A stretch of 33,742 bases of DNA. It comes from a virus. Its lineage: Duplodnaviria > Caudoviricetes. The stretch's first letter is position 1, and each line of letters starts with the position of its first letter. Location of the stretch: positions 1 through 33,742 of the IMG/VR virus record IMGVR_UViG_3300017645_000114; one strand, given 5' to 3'. This document shows positions 25,318-33,742 of the stretch, one piece after another. The notes under the pieces are model-generated. The model searched no databases. It was given only the letters and a program-made list of their open reading frames with translations, and was not told where the DNA came from. Made by a program: the position numbers and the translations under genes.

Positions 25318-25750
25318 CCGGGCCGACATCATCGCTGCGGCGCGTGCCTGGGTCGGTACGCCCTATCGCCATCAGGCTTCGCTAAGAGGCGTTGGCTGCG
25401 ACTGCCTCGGCCTCGTCCGCGGCGTCTGGCGGGATGTCTACGGAGACGAGCCCGAGACGCCGCCGCCCTATACGCGCGATTGGGCCGAAGCGCGCGGCCG
25501 GGAAACGCTGGCCGAGGCAGCCGGCCGGCACATGGTCCCGGTGGGGATCGACGCGATCCGCCCCGGTGATGTGTTGCTCTTCGCCATGAAAGAGCGCGCG
25601 CCAGCCAAGCACTGCGTCATCATGACGGCGTCCGATCGCATGGTTCACTCGATCGAAAGCCATCCCGTCGCGGAAGTCACGCTCTGGGGCGGCGGCGACC
25701 GATCCCGGCGTCTCCGCTTCGCGTTTTCCTTTCCCGATCTGACGGACTGA
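25310..25750 (+). CDS. Tail-associated NlpC/P60 peptidase (RcGTA g14-like)
   Basis: ARAWVGTPYRHQAS..GVGCDCLGLVRGVWR and PGDVLLF...AKHC. Confidence 0.92.
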   Translation: MTSRADIIAAARAWVGTPYRHQASLRGVGCDCLGLVRGVWRDVYGDEPETPPPYTRDWAEARGRETLAEAAGRHMVPVGIDAIRPGDVLLFAMKERAPAKHCVIMTASDRMVHSIESHPVAEVTLWGGGDRSRRLRFAFSFPDLTD

Positions 25751-25755
25751 TCTTT

Positions 25756-28700
25756 ATGGCGACCCTTGTCCTCACCGTCGCGGCCACGGCCCTGACGCAG
25801 GGCGCGGCTGCCTGGATCACCACGATCGCGGGTGCGGTTGCAGCCGTCGCCGGCAGCTACATCGATGCCCGCCTGTTCGCGCCGGGACCGCAGAAGGTCG
25901 AGGGGCCGAGGCTGGACAGCCTCAAGGTCCAGGCATCGACCGAAGGCGCCGCCATTCCCGAAATTGCCGGCCGGGTGCGGCTCGCTGGCCAGATCATCTG
26001 GGCAACCAAGTTCAAGGAGGTCGCCAAGACCGAGACGAGCGGCGGCGGAGGTGGAGGCGGCAAGGGTTTTGGAGGCGGGGGCGGAGGCGGCGGAGCGACG
26101 GTCCAGACCACCACCTACACCTATTATGCCAGTTTCGCGGTCGGACTTAGCGAGGGTCGGATCGACCGGGTCGGGCGTGTCTGGGCCGACGGCAAGCCGC
26201 TCGACATGAAGGGCGTCACGATGCGCCTGCATCGCGGCGGCTTGGGACAAGCTCCGGATTCCCTCATCGAAGGAAAGGAAGGAGCCGCCAATACGCCCGC
26301 CTATCGCGGAACCGCTTATGTCGTCTTCGACAACCTTGAGATCACCCAGTTCGGCAACCGCCTGCCGCAGCTGACGTTCGAAGTCTTCCGTCGCGTCTCG
26401 CCGTCCGACGGTTCTGGCCTCGAAGATGTGGTTCAGGCAATCACCGTGATCCCCGGAGCCGGCGAGCGCGTCTATGACACGGTCGTTCATGCGCGCGATC
26501 TGGGCGGCGGGGCGACGACTCAAGAGAACCAGTTCGCCGGTCACGACTCAGCCGATTGGCATGTCGCGCTTGACGATCTCGAATCCTCGCTCCCGAATGT
26601 CGGCACCGTGTTTCTGGTCGTGGGCTGGTTCGGCGATGATCTCCGCGCCGGAAATTGCACGATCCGGCCGAAAATCGAAGTCTCGGCAAAGGCGACGAGC
26701 CCGAACGCCTGGAAGGTGCATACGCTGACGCGCGGCACGGCGTTGGTCGTGAGCACGGTGGACGGACGCCCGGCCTATGGCGGCACGCCGTCTGACGATT
26801 CGATCGTGCGGGCGATCCGCGACCTCAAGGCGCGCGGTCATTCGGTCATTTTCTATCCGTTCGTGTTCATGGACATCGCCGAGGGCAACACCCTCACCGA
26901 TCCGTGGACCGGAAGCATGGGCCAGCCGGTCTATCCCTGGCGGGGGCGGATCACCTGCGATCCGGCGCCCGGTCAGCCCGGAACGGTAGACAAGACCGCC
27001 GGCGCGGCATCGCAGATCGATTCATTCTTCGGGACCGTGGCGGAGTCCGACATCAGCGTCGCGGTCAACGGTTCGAGCAATGCCGTCACCACCGGCTATT
27101 CAGGACCGAGCGAATGGAGCTTCCGCCGCTTCATCTTGCACTACGCGAAGCTTTGCGATGCCATCAACGCGGTCGAACCGAACGCCGTTGACGCCTTCCT
27201 GATTGGCTCCGAACTCAAGGCGCTGATGGCCGTCCGCGACAGCGCTACGAATTTTCCGGCCGTGGCCAAGATGAAAACGCTCGCTTCGAACGTGAAGGCG
27301 ATCCTCGGTTCCGGCGTCAAGATCGGCTATGCCGCCGATTGGTCCGATTACAACACCTACAATCCCGGCGACAGCACCGGTGATCTGTTCTTTCATCTTG
27401 ATCCGCTCTGGTTGGACGGCGCCATCGATTTCGTCGGCGTCGATCTCTACGCCCCCTTGTCCGATTGGCGCGACGGCAACGCGCATCTCGACGCCGTCGG
27501 AGGCGGGGCTTCGATCTACGATCTCGACTATTTGCACAGCAACATTGAAGGCGGCGAGTTCTTCGACTGGTTCTATAGCGACGCCACCGCGCGCGACACG
27601 CAGACGCGCACGACGATCACAGACGGAGCCTATGGCAAGCCTTGGGTCTATCGCGCCAAGGATTTTCGGAACTGGTGGCTGAATCAGCACTACAACCGGC
27701 CGGGCGGCACCGAAAGCGGATCGCCGACAGGATGGGTGCCGCAATCCAAGCCAATCTGGTTCACCGAGGTCGGCGTCCCGTCGGTCGATAAGGGGACCAA
27801 TCAACCGAACCTCTTTTACGATCCGAAGTCGTCCGAGAGCGCCTTCCCCTACTACTCGCGCGGCACGCGCGACGACCTGATCCAGCGCCGCGGCATCGAG
27901 GCAGTCGTTTCCTATTGGAACGCACCCTCCAACAATCCGATCTCGTCCGTCTATGGCGGTCCGATGATCGGCCTCGCCGCGGTCTGGACATGGGACGCGC
28001 GTCCCTATCCGGCCTGGCCGTCTCGCACCGACGCGTGGGGCGATGGTGATCTGTGGCCGCGCGGGCATTGGCTGAACGGCAAGATCGGGCTTGCCGATCT
28101 CGCCGCGCTGGTTGCGGAGCGCTGCGAGCGCGTGGGCTTTGCCGCCTACGACGTAAGCGCGCTGACCGGGATCGTGGTCGGCTACATCCGTGACCGGCCG
28201 ATGAGCCCGCGCGCCGAGATCGAACTCTTGATGAATGCCTTCGCGTTCGATGCGGTGGAAAGCCAGGGCGTCATCCGCTTCCTGCCCCGTGGCCGCGCGG
28301 CAGTCGCGGCGTTCGAACCGGACGATTGCGTGCTGGCGGATTCTGGCGATCTCGTGAACCTCACCCGAGCGCAGGAAACCGATCTGCCGGATGTCGTCTC
28401 GATAACGTTTATCGACGGCAGCAGGAGTTACGAATCCGGGACGGTCTCGGCGAGCCGCATCGCCGGCTATTCGGAGCGGCGAACCGATATTACGGTCCCG
28501 CTTGTCATGGACGACATCCAGGCCCAGCTCATTGCGGATCGCGCCTTGGCCGAGGCCTGGATCGGAAGGGAAAGCGCCAAGCACGCCCTGCCGCCCGATC
28601 GGGTCGCGCTCGATGTCGGCGACGTGGTCAATCTCGTCATCGACGGGCAGGCGCGCGAGTTCCGCCTCACACGGATCAACGATGCCTGGGCGCGCACGAT

Positions 28701-29718
28701 CGAATCGCAGAGATCGGAAGGCGCGATCTATGCCCCGCCGCTGCCCGGCAACACGATCCCGGTATTCGATCCGCCGCCGGTTTATGGCCAGGCAATCCTC
28801 GAATTGCTGGACTTGCCGATGCTGCGCGACGGCGACATCGGCTACGCCCCCTATGTCGGCGCCTCGGCCTCGCCTTTCGCCGGCATCTCGCTCATGGACA
28901 GTCCGACCGGCGACAGCTTTGCGCTTGATACGGTGCTGCCAGTCCGGGCCGCGATCGGCGAAACGATGTTCGATTTCTGGTCGGGGCCGACTGACTACTT
29001 CGATGTCGTCAATACGCTGCGCGTGAAGCTCTATTCGGGCGAACTGGCGAGCGTCCCAGAGGACGCGGTGCTCGCCGGGCGCGCGAACGCCGTCGCGATC
29101 AGGAATGCGGCCGGCGATTGGGAAATCCTCCAGTTCTGCAATGCAACGTTGGTCGATCCCGGCGTCCATGATCTGACGAAGCTGCTCCGCGGCCGGCTCG
29201 GCACCGAACACGCGATGCGCTCGCCGGTGGCCGCAGGCGCCCGGATTGTGGTGCTCGACGGCGCCATCACGCAAATTCAGGCGGCGCTCGCCGAGCGAGG
29301 CGTCGCGCGGTTCTACAAATGGGGACCGAGCGGGCTCGATCCGACCGACGTTGCCTGGCAGCAGGCGACCTTCACCGCGCGCTGCGTCGGCCTGATGCCC
29401 TGGTCGCCGGTGCATGTCGCCGGCGCCCGCAACGTCTCCGGCGATCTTTCGATCTCTTGGGTTCGGCGCAGCCGCTTCGGCGGTGCCTGGGCGGACGGCG
29501 CCGACGTGCCGCTGAACGAGGAAAGCGAGCGCTACGAAATCGACATCCTCGACGGCCCGGATGTCGTGCGAACGCTCGCCGTGACTTCGCCGACCGCAAT
29601 CTACACCGCCGGGCAGCAAGTTGCTGACTTCGGTGCTTCGCAGTCGTCGATCGCGGTGAAGGTCTATCAGCTCTCGGCCATCGTCGGCCGCGGCTGGCCC
29701 ACGAGCGCGACGCTCTAA
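25756..29718 (+). CDS. Baseplate multidomain protein 'megatron' (GTA TIM-barrel, RcGTA g15-like)
   Basis: EGPRL..L.V..STEG, PAYRGTAYVVF, YGGTPSD, FLIGSEL, YAADWS, KPIWFTE.G, WDARPYP and LLRGRLGTE. Confidence 0.93.
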   Translation: MATLVLTVAATALTQGAAAWITTIAGAVAAVAGSYIDARLFAPGPQKVEGPRLDSLKVQASTEGAAIPEIAGRVRLAGQIIWATKFKEVAKTETSGGGGGGGKGFGGGGGGGGATVQTTTYTYYASFAVGLSEGRIDRVGRVWADGKPLDMKGVTMRLHRGGLGQAPDSLIEGKEGAANTPAYRGTAYVVFDNLEITQFGNRLPQLTFEVFRRVSPSDGSGLEDVVQAITVIPGAGERVYDTVVHARDLGGGATTQENQFAGHDSADWHVALDDLESSLPNVGTVFLVVGWFGDDLRAGNCTIRPKIEVSAKATSPNAWKVHTLTRGTALVVSTVDGRPAYGGTPSDDSIVRAIRDLKARGHSVIFYPFVFMDIAEGNTLTDPWTGSMGQPVYPWRGRITCDPAPGQPGTVDKTAGAASQIDSFFGTVAESDISVAVNGSSNAVTTGYSGPSEWSFRRFILHYAKLCDAINAVEPNAVDAFLIGSELKALMAVRDSATNFPAVAKMKTLASNVKAILGSGVKIGYAADWSDYNTYNPGDSTGDLFFHLDPLWLDGAIDFVGVDLYAPLSDWRDGNAHLDAVGGGASIYDLDYLHSNIEGGEFFDWFYSDATARDTQTRTTITDGAYGKPWVYRAKDFRNWWLNQHYNRPGGTESGSPTGWVPQSKPIWFTEVGVPSVDKGTNQPNLFYDPKSSESAFPYYSRGTRDDLIQRRGIEAVVSYWNAPSNNPISSVYGGPMIGLAAVWTWDARPYPAWPSRTDAWGDGDLWPRGHWLNGKIGLADLAALVAERCERVGFAAYDVSALTGIVVGYIRDRPMSPRAEIELLMNAFAFDAVESQGVIRFLPRGRAAVAAFEPDDCVLADSGDLVNLTRAQETDLPDVVSITFIDGSRSYESGTVSASRIAGYSERRTDITVPLVMDDIQAQLIADRALAEAWIGRESAKHALPPDRVALDVGDVVNLVIDGQAREFRLTRINDAWARTIESQRSEGAIYAPPLPGNTIPVFDPPPVYGQAILELLDLPMLRDGDIGYAPYVGASASPFAGISLMDSPTGDSFALDTVLPVRAAIGETMFDFWSGPTDYFDVVNTLRVKLYSGELASVPEDAVLAGRANAVAIRNAAGDWEILQFCNATLVDPGVHDLTKLLRGRLGTEHAMRSPVAAGARIVVLDGAITQIQAALAERGVARFYKWGPSGLDPTDVAWQQATFTARCVGLMPWSPVHVAGARNVSGDLSISWVRRSRFGGAWADGADVPLNEESERYEIDILDGPDVVRTLAVTSPTAIYTAGQQVADFGASQSSIAVKVYQLSAIVGRGWPTSATL

Positions 29719-29745
29719 CCCACCTTTCATCTTCGGGAATCGATC

Positions 29746-30810
29746 ATGCCGACGCCACGCTTCGGCCTGCCCTTCATTGCGCAAGGGCAGGCGCAGAAGG
29801 AGGTCACGCACAACGACGCGCTGGTGCGCCTCGATGCGCTCATCGATCTCTACATCATCGATCGAGATCTGGCGGCGCCTCCCGGCAGTCCAGCCGATGG
29901 TGACGCCTACCTCGTGGCCGCAAGCCCGACCGGCGCATGGGTCGGCCAGGCCGGGAATATCGCCTACTGCATCGATGGCGGGTGGCGTTTCTATGTGCCG
30001 GTGAAGGGGCTCGTCGCTTACGTCGCGGACGAGCAGACGATCATCGTCTTTACCGCAAGTGGCTGGGTAAGCCTCGTCTCCGCCCTTGCGTTCCAGAACC
30101 TCTCCAAGCTCGGCATCCTGACTGCGGCGGACACGACCAATCGCCTCGCGGTCAAGTCCGACGCCGTGCTTCTGAGCCACGACGACGTGACGCCCGGAAC
30201 GGGCGATCTGCGCGTTACGCTGAACAAGAGCGCGGCCGGCAAGGATGCCGGATTCATCTTTCAGGACGGCTTCAGCACGCGGGCGCTGTTCGGCCTGCTC
30301 GGCGATGACGATTTCACGATCAAGGTTTCGCCGAACGGATCGACGTTCTTCACCGGCCTGGTCATCGACAGGAGCACGGGCCAGTTCAAGCTGCCGATCG
30401 ACCCAAAGTTCTCCGCCTATACCAATTTCGATAACTACATCGCCGCGAACACATGGACCAAGGTCCAGTTCAACAATGCGGACTCCAACGATCAGAGCGC
30501 ATTCGATGCCGGCAACAACCGCTTCGCTGCACCCTTTGCCGGCATTTACACCTTCGGCTTCTCGATCCGCTTCAAGGCGAATGCCACGGTCCCGACGAAA
30601 GTCATCGCGGCCCTCTACAAGAATGGCGTCGAGCTCGGCCGCGGTCGCGCCGTGTCCGGCGCGCCGGTCGATGATGTCACGACCTACAATTTGACGGTTC
30701 TCACGTCGCTCGCCGCGAGCGACCAGATCGATGTGCGCGTCAATTTCGCAACCAACGACGGCTACATCGAAGCCGACCAATCGCATTTCTGGGGCCACTA
30801 CGTGTCCTGA
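29746..30810 (+). CDS. DUF2793 tail fibre / receptor-binding protein with a C1q/TNF-like C-terminal domain
   Basis: LPFI..GQAQKEVTHNDAL..LD and LFGLLGDDDF.IKVS..GS.F, then C1q-like KVQFN...ND..AFD...RF.AP..GIY.F. Confidence 0.85.
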   Translation: MPTPRFGLPFIAQGQAQKEVTHNDALVRLDALIDLYIIDRDLAAPPGSPADGDAYLVAASPTGAWVGQAGNIAYCIDGGWRFYVPVKGLVAYVADEQTIIVFTASGWVSLVSALAFQNLSKLGILTAADTTNRLAVKSDAVLLSHDDVTPGTGDLRVTLNKSAAGKDAGFIFQDGFSTRALFGLLGDDDFTIKVSPNGSTFFTGLVIDRSTGQFKLPIDPKFSAYTNFDNYIAANTWTKVQFNNADSNDQSAFDAGNNRFAAPFAGIYTFGFSIRFKANATVPTKVIAALYKNGVELGRGRAVSGAPVDDVTTYNLTVLTSLAASDQIDVRVNFATNDGYIEADQSHFWGHYVS

Positions 30811-30836
30811 TCCCACCCCCTGAAACGGAGGCGCGC

Positions 30837-31097
30837 ATGGACCTGCAATGGTGGATCACGGTGATCGGAATCCCGGTCGTGGGAGCGCTGTTCTGGCTTC
30901 GCTTCCACGATCGCGACGATGTCGACAAGGCGATGCGCGGGCTGAAGGACGAGCTCGCGAACTACAAGCTGCTAGTTGCCACGAGTTTCGTCTCGGTCAC
31001 CTATCTCAAGGAGGTCGAGGGGCGGATCATGGCTCATCTCGACAAGATCGAGAAGAAGATCGATCGCGTGATCGACCAGCGATACGCCGGCGAGTAG
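30837..31097 (+). CDS. Small membrane protein (N-terminal TM helix + coiled coil) preceding the endolysin
   Basis: GGAGG RBS; WWITVIGIPVVGALFWL helix; LDKIEKKID heptads. Confidence 0.7.
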   Translation: MDLQWWITVIGIPVVGALFWLRFHDRDDVDKAMRGLKDELANYKLLVATSFVSVTYLKEVEGRIMAHLDKIEKKIDRVIDQRYAGE

Positions 31098-31124
31098 CGC
31101 TCCGTTTCCCAAGTTCACGAACCC

Positions 31125-31163
31125 CGACGAAAGCCCGCCATCTCGGCGGGCTTCGTCGTTTCT
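31125..31163 (+). terminator. Intrinsic terminator-like hairpin upstream of the endolysin RBS
   Basis: CGACGAAAGCCCGCC-ATCTC-GGCGGGCTTCGTCG followed by TTTCT. Confidence 0.7.
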
Positions 31164-31175
31164 GGAGACCCCAAG

Positions 31176-31706
31176 ATGCTCCCACAACGCTATGGCTGGC
31201 TCGCGCGCGAGCCCGGCCCGAGAATGCTTGTCGAAGCGCTCAAGCTCTTCGGCACGATGGAGAAGCCCGGCAGCGCAAACAATCCGACGATCGTTGCCTG
31301 GGCGAAGGAAGTCGGCGGCGAAGTCGCCGATGCCTACAAGGCCGACAGCATTCCGTGGTGCGGCCTGTTCATGGCGGTGGTGGCGAAGCGGGCCGGCAAG
31401 GAAGTGCCCAAGCATCCGCTTTGGGCGCTGTCATGGTCAGCCTTCGGCGCGAAGTCGCCGGCCGCAGCGCTGGGCGACGTTCTCGTCTTCGTCCGCAACG
31501 GCGGCGGCCATGTTGGTCTCTATGTCGGCGAGGACAAGACGGCCTTCCACGTGCTCGGCGGCAACCAGTCCGATCGCGTTTGCATCACCCGAATAGCGAA
31601 GGCTCGCCTCTATGCGGTGCGGCGCCCGCTCTATCGCGTCCAGCCCGGCAACGTCCGCCCCATCTACGTCGATTCGGTCGGTGCCCTTTCGCTGAACGAA
31701 GCCTGA
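31176..31706 (+). CDS. TIGR02594-family (CHAP/NlpC-like) endolysin
   Basis: E.PG.ANNP.I..WA, D.IPWCGLF and GHVGLY.GE......VLGGNQS. Confidence 0.88.
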   Translation: MLPQRYGWLAREPGPRMLVEALKLFGTMEKPGSANNPTIVAWAKEVGGEVADAYKADSIPWCGLFMAVVAKRAGKEVPKHPLWALSWSAFGAKSPAAALGDVLVFVRNGGGHVGLYVGEDKTAFHVLGGNQSDRVCITRIAKARLYAVRRPLYRVQPGNVRPIYVDSVGALSLNEA

Positions 31707-31837
31707 TCTTTCCGCCCGTTTCCGCCGCTTTCCGCCTCGGTACCGAGCGCCAGCGCGTGATGTGTTCCGGCGACCGGTGACGCGGTGATCCCGTGCTCGG
31801 CCGGGTCTGTCGAGCAATCTGGACATCGAGGTGAACC

Positions 31838-32008
31838 ATGAACTGGGACAGCATTCAGCAACTCGTGCGCATCGTCGCATATGCCGTCGGCGGTTATCTG
31901 CTGGGGGATGCCGTGGCCAATAGCGAGCAATTCCAGGCCGCCGTCGGCGGACTCGTGAGCGTTGGGGCATTTGCGTGGTGGTTCTACTGGGAGCGCAAGC
32001 GGGCCTAG
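31838..32008 (+). CDS. Small two-TM holin-like protein (56 aa; below the ORF-track cutoff)
   Basis: GAGGTG RBS; MNWDSIQQLVRIVAYAVGGYLLGDAVANSEQFQAAVGGLVSVGAFAWWFYWERKRA; between endolysin and spanins. Confidence 0.75.
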   Translation: MNWDSIQQLVRIVAYAVGGYLLGDAVANSEQFQAAVGGLVSVGAFAWWFYWERKRA

Positions 32009-32025
32009 CGGAGGGAAACAGAAAA

Positions 32026-32253
32026 ATGAACTGGCTCGCGGCCCTGTCGGTCCTCGCCAAACTCGTTCTCGCCATCCTCGAAATGGCGCGCGAGCGGAAG
32101 GCGAAGGATGCCGGCAGGGCCGAGGCCCTCGCGGAGGCCGCCACCCATGCGCTCGATCTCATCCGCAAGGCGCGCGATGCGCGCCGCGCTGCTGCCGATG
32201 CCGCTGCTGATCCTTCCCGGCTGCGCGACGACGACGGCTTCCGTCGGGACTGA
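32026..32253 (+). CDS. Inner-membrane spanin (Rz-like)
   Basis: N-terminal TM helix, Ala/Arg-rich helix and C-terminal RLRDDDGFRRD; GGAGG RBS. Confidence 0.7.
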   Translation: MNWLAALSVLAKLVLAILEMARERKAKDAGRAEALAEAATHALDLIRKARDARRAAADAAADPSRLRDDDGFRRD

Positions 32254-32392
32254 TTCGGTCGCCTGCTCGACGTTCGAGCCGATCCGGTGGTCGTCGCGTG
32301 ATACCGACGCCACGATACGGCAGGCGAAGGAGCACAACGCGGCGTGGGCGTCGCTCTGCCGCTCGCCGCATGGCCACTCTGTAAACCGTTGA
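32177..32392 (+). CDS. Outer-membrane spanin lipoprotein (Rz1-like), overlapping Rz in the +1 frame
   Basis: MRAALLPMPLLILPGC lipobox, then C..F.PIRWS..DT..TI.Q...HNA.W..LC. Confidence 0.75.
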   Translation: MRAALLPMPLLILPGCATTTASVGTDSVACSTFEPIRWSSRDTDATIRQAKEHNAAWASLCRSPHGHSVNR

Positions 32393-32590
32393 TCCGTCTC
32401 TTGAAGAGGGCTCTTCCAGCTGTGAACTGAAGGCCGCGGCCGGCGCTTTACCCCCGGACTCCCCCAAGAATTTGCGTTAAAGAGGATGGGCTCGTCGCGG
32501 GAGAGATTCGGAGCTTGGCCGCCATAGCCGGCAACGCCTAGTGTTAGGGTCGATCACGCGCAACCGAACCTAACGACTGGGCTGGGAAGA

Positions 32591-33742
32591 ATGCCTGTAG
32601 CGACCGTAAAGCAGCTCTGCACGCCGAGCAGCCTCGTAACGAGCGACAGCCTGGTCGAACAAGTCGCTCAGATTGAGGACTTCGCGTCCGGAAAGATCAG
32701 CGGCGAAGAGTTCTTCCGCCGCAACTATTTCACCGACGGGCTGCGGCGATTGGTCGAGCGGGGCTTTGAACGCCTCGCTGGCAAGACCGACGATGGCGCA
32801 TTTTATCTGACCCAAGCGATGGGCGGCGGCAAGACGCACAGCTTGATCGCTTTTGGCCTGCTCGCGTCCGATCCCGAGCTTCGGAAGAAGGTCCTCCCTC
32901 GTTTGACGACCGGTGGTGAGTTCGGAGCCGCCAAAGTCGTCATTTTCAACGGCCATCAGAACCCTGACAGCCTGCTCTGGGGGTATATCGCCGAGCAGCT
33001 CGGGCACGCCGAAGTCATGGCGCCTTTCTGGCGTAACGGCGCACGCACTCCCGGTGTGGACGAATGGGCGGCGGTTCTCGGCGATGAGCCAGTTTTGATC
33101 CTTCTCGATGAGCTGCCGAGCTACCTGCAAATGGCGCAGGGCGAGCCGGTCGGGAACACCACCCTCGGCGACCTAACCATTGGCGCGCTGGAGCGCCTCT
33201 TCAACGCACTCCCGCGCTGCCCTCGGGCCTGCGTCGTCGTCACCAACCTAAAGGACGACGTTTATCTCGATGGCTCTGGACAGTTGCGCACGCTGATCGA
33301 GAGCCTGACCAAGCACTACGATCGCAATGCACAAGCCATCACGCCGGTTCAGCAGAACACGGGCGAGGTGTTCGCGATCGTGCGGAAGCGCCTCTTCGAT
33401 AATCTGCCTGCCGCTGATCGCGTTGATGAGGTCGCTCAGGCATATGTGGATGCCCTTCAGAAAGCGAAGCGAGTCGACACAATCGCCACGACGCCCGAGA
33501 CATTCATCGAGCGGATTCGCGAAACCTACCCCTTTCACCCCTCGATTCGGGACATCGTCGCGCGGTTTGCCGAGAACCGGGGATACCAAAAGACGCGAGC
33601 CCTCATTCGAATGCTGCGCCATGCCGTGCGCAGCGCCCTTGCGTCCAATGACAACGCATTCCTCATCGGGCTTCAGCACCTCGATTTCAACGATCAGGGG
33701 ACGATGGAGGAAATCCGCAAGATCAATCCCGCCTACGCGAAT
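32591..33742 (+). CDS. DUF499-family AAA+ ATPase (anti-phage associated), 3'-truncated; absent from the ORF track
   Basis: Open for 384 codons to the window end. FF..NYFT.GL, Walker A LTQAMGGGKTHSLI, LWG.IAEQLG, Walker B LILLDELP.Y, IVRKRLF, YPFHP and YQKTR. Confidence 0.88.
   Translation, partial: MPVATVKQLCTPSSLVTSDSLVEQVAQIEDFASGKISGEEFFRRNYFTDGLRRLVERGFERLAGKTDDGAFYLTQAMGGGKTHSLIAFGLLASDPELRKKVLPRLTTGGEFGAAKVVIFNGHQNPDSLLWGYIAEQLGHAEVMAPFWRNGARTPGVDEWAAVLGDEPVLILLDELPSYLQMAQGEPVGNTTLGDLTIGALERLFNALPRCPRACVVVTNLKDDVYLDGSGQLRTLIESLTKHYDRNAQAITPVQQNTGEVFAIVRKRLFDNLPAADRVDEVAQAYVDALQKAKRVDTIATTPETFIERIRETYPFHPSIRDIVARFAENRGYQKTRALIRMLRHAVRSALASNDNAFLIGLQHLDFNDQGTMEEIRKINPAYAN

Noticed and set aside
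26040-26095. GGC/GGA-rich repeat tract
   Set aside because: Encodes the poly-Gly loop in the megatron N-terminus; not an array or contingency locus.
29746-30810. Diversity-generating retroelement or invertible tail-fibre cassette
   Set aside because: No template/variable repeat pair, reverse transcriptase, invertase or flanking inverted sites seen.
27100-30816. 1238-aa minus-strand ORF
   Set aside because: Shadow of the megatron and DUF2793 genes; no recognisable domain.
32403-32416. Short hairpin GAAGAG-GG-CTCTTC after the spanins
   Set aside because: Loop too tight and no U-tract; too weak to call a terminator or prophage end.
32570-33679. Minus-strand ORFs 32570-33130 and 33248-33679
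   Set aside because: Shadows of the + strand DUF499 frame, which has clear Walker motifs.

Overview
Right-hand (replication, packaging, morphogenesis and lysis) part of a high-GC, probably alphaproteobacterial, temperate siphophage or prophage, read almost entirely on the + strand. In order: 5'-truncated primase/AAA_25 helicase, a repeat/IHF-site array (likely origin), RuvC-like resolvase, DUF6378 and DUF6362 genes, and a lambda-like cos sequence (~4076-4195). An accessory block follows: RelE/HigB-HTH TA pair, orphan antitoxin-like gene, ParB-N + amino-methyltransferase + PLP-enzyme cluster, cytochrome b561/cytochrome c moron and a basic hypothetical. Then come the lambda-type terminase, gpW, portal, protease-capsid fusion, a His-tailed EamA transporter moron, the tail (with a -1 frameshifted chaperone), a GTA-type tail tip (DUF2460/DUF2163/NlpC/megatron/DUF2793) and the lysis genes (endolysin, holin, overlapping spanins). 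The window ends in a 3'-truncated DUF499 ATPase, probably the start of an anti-phage system. The most unusual item is a complete 75-nt, CCA-ended tRNA(CAU) cloverleaf (6809-6883). It begins at the base after the methyltransferase stop codon and is read in frame as the N-terminus of the PLP-dependent enzyme. All family calls are from motif recognition by eye; no searches were run.
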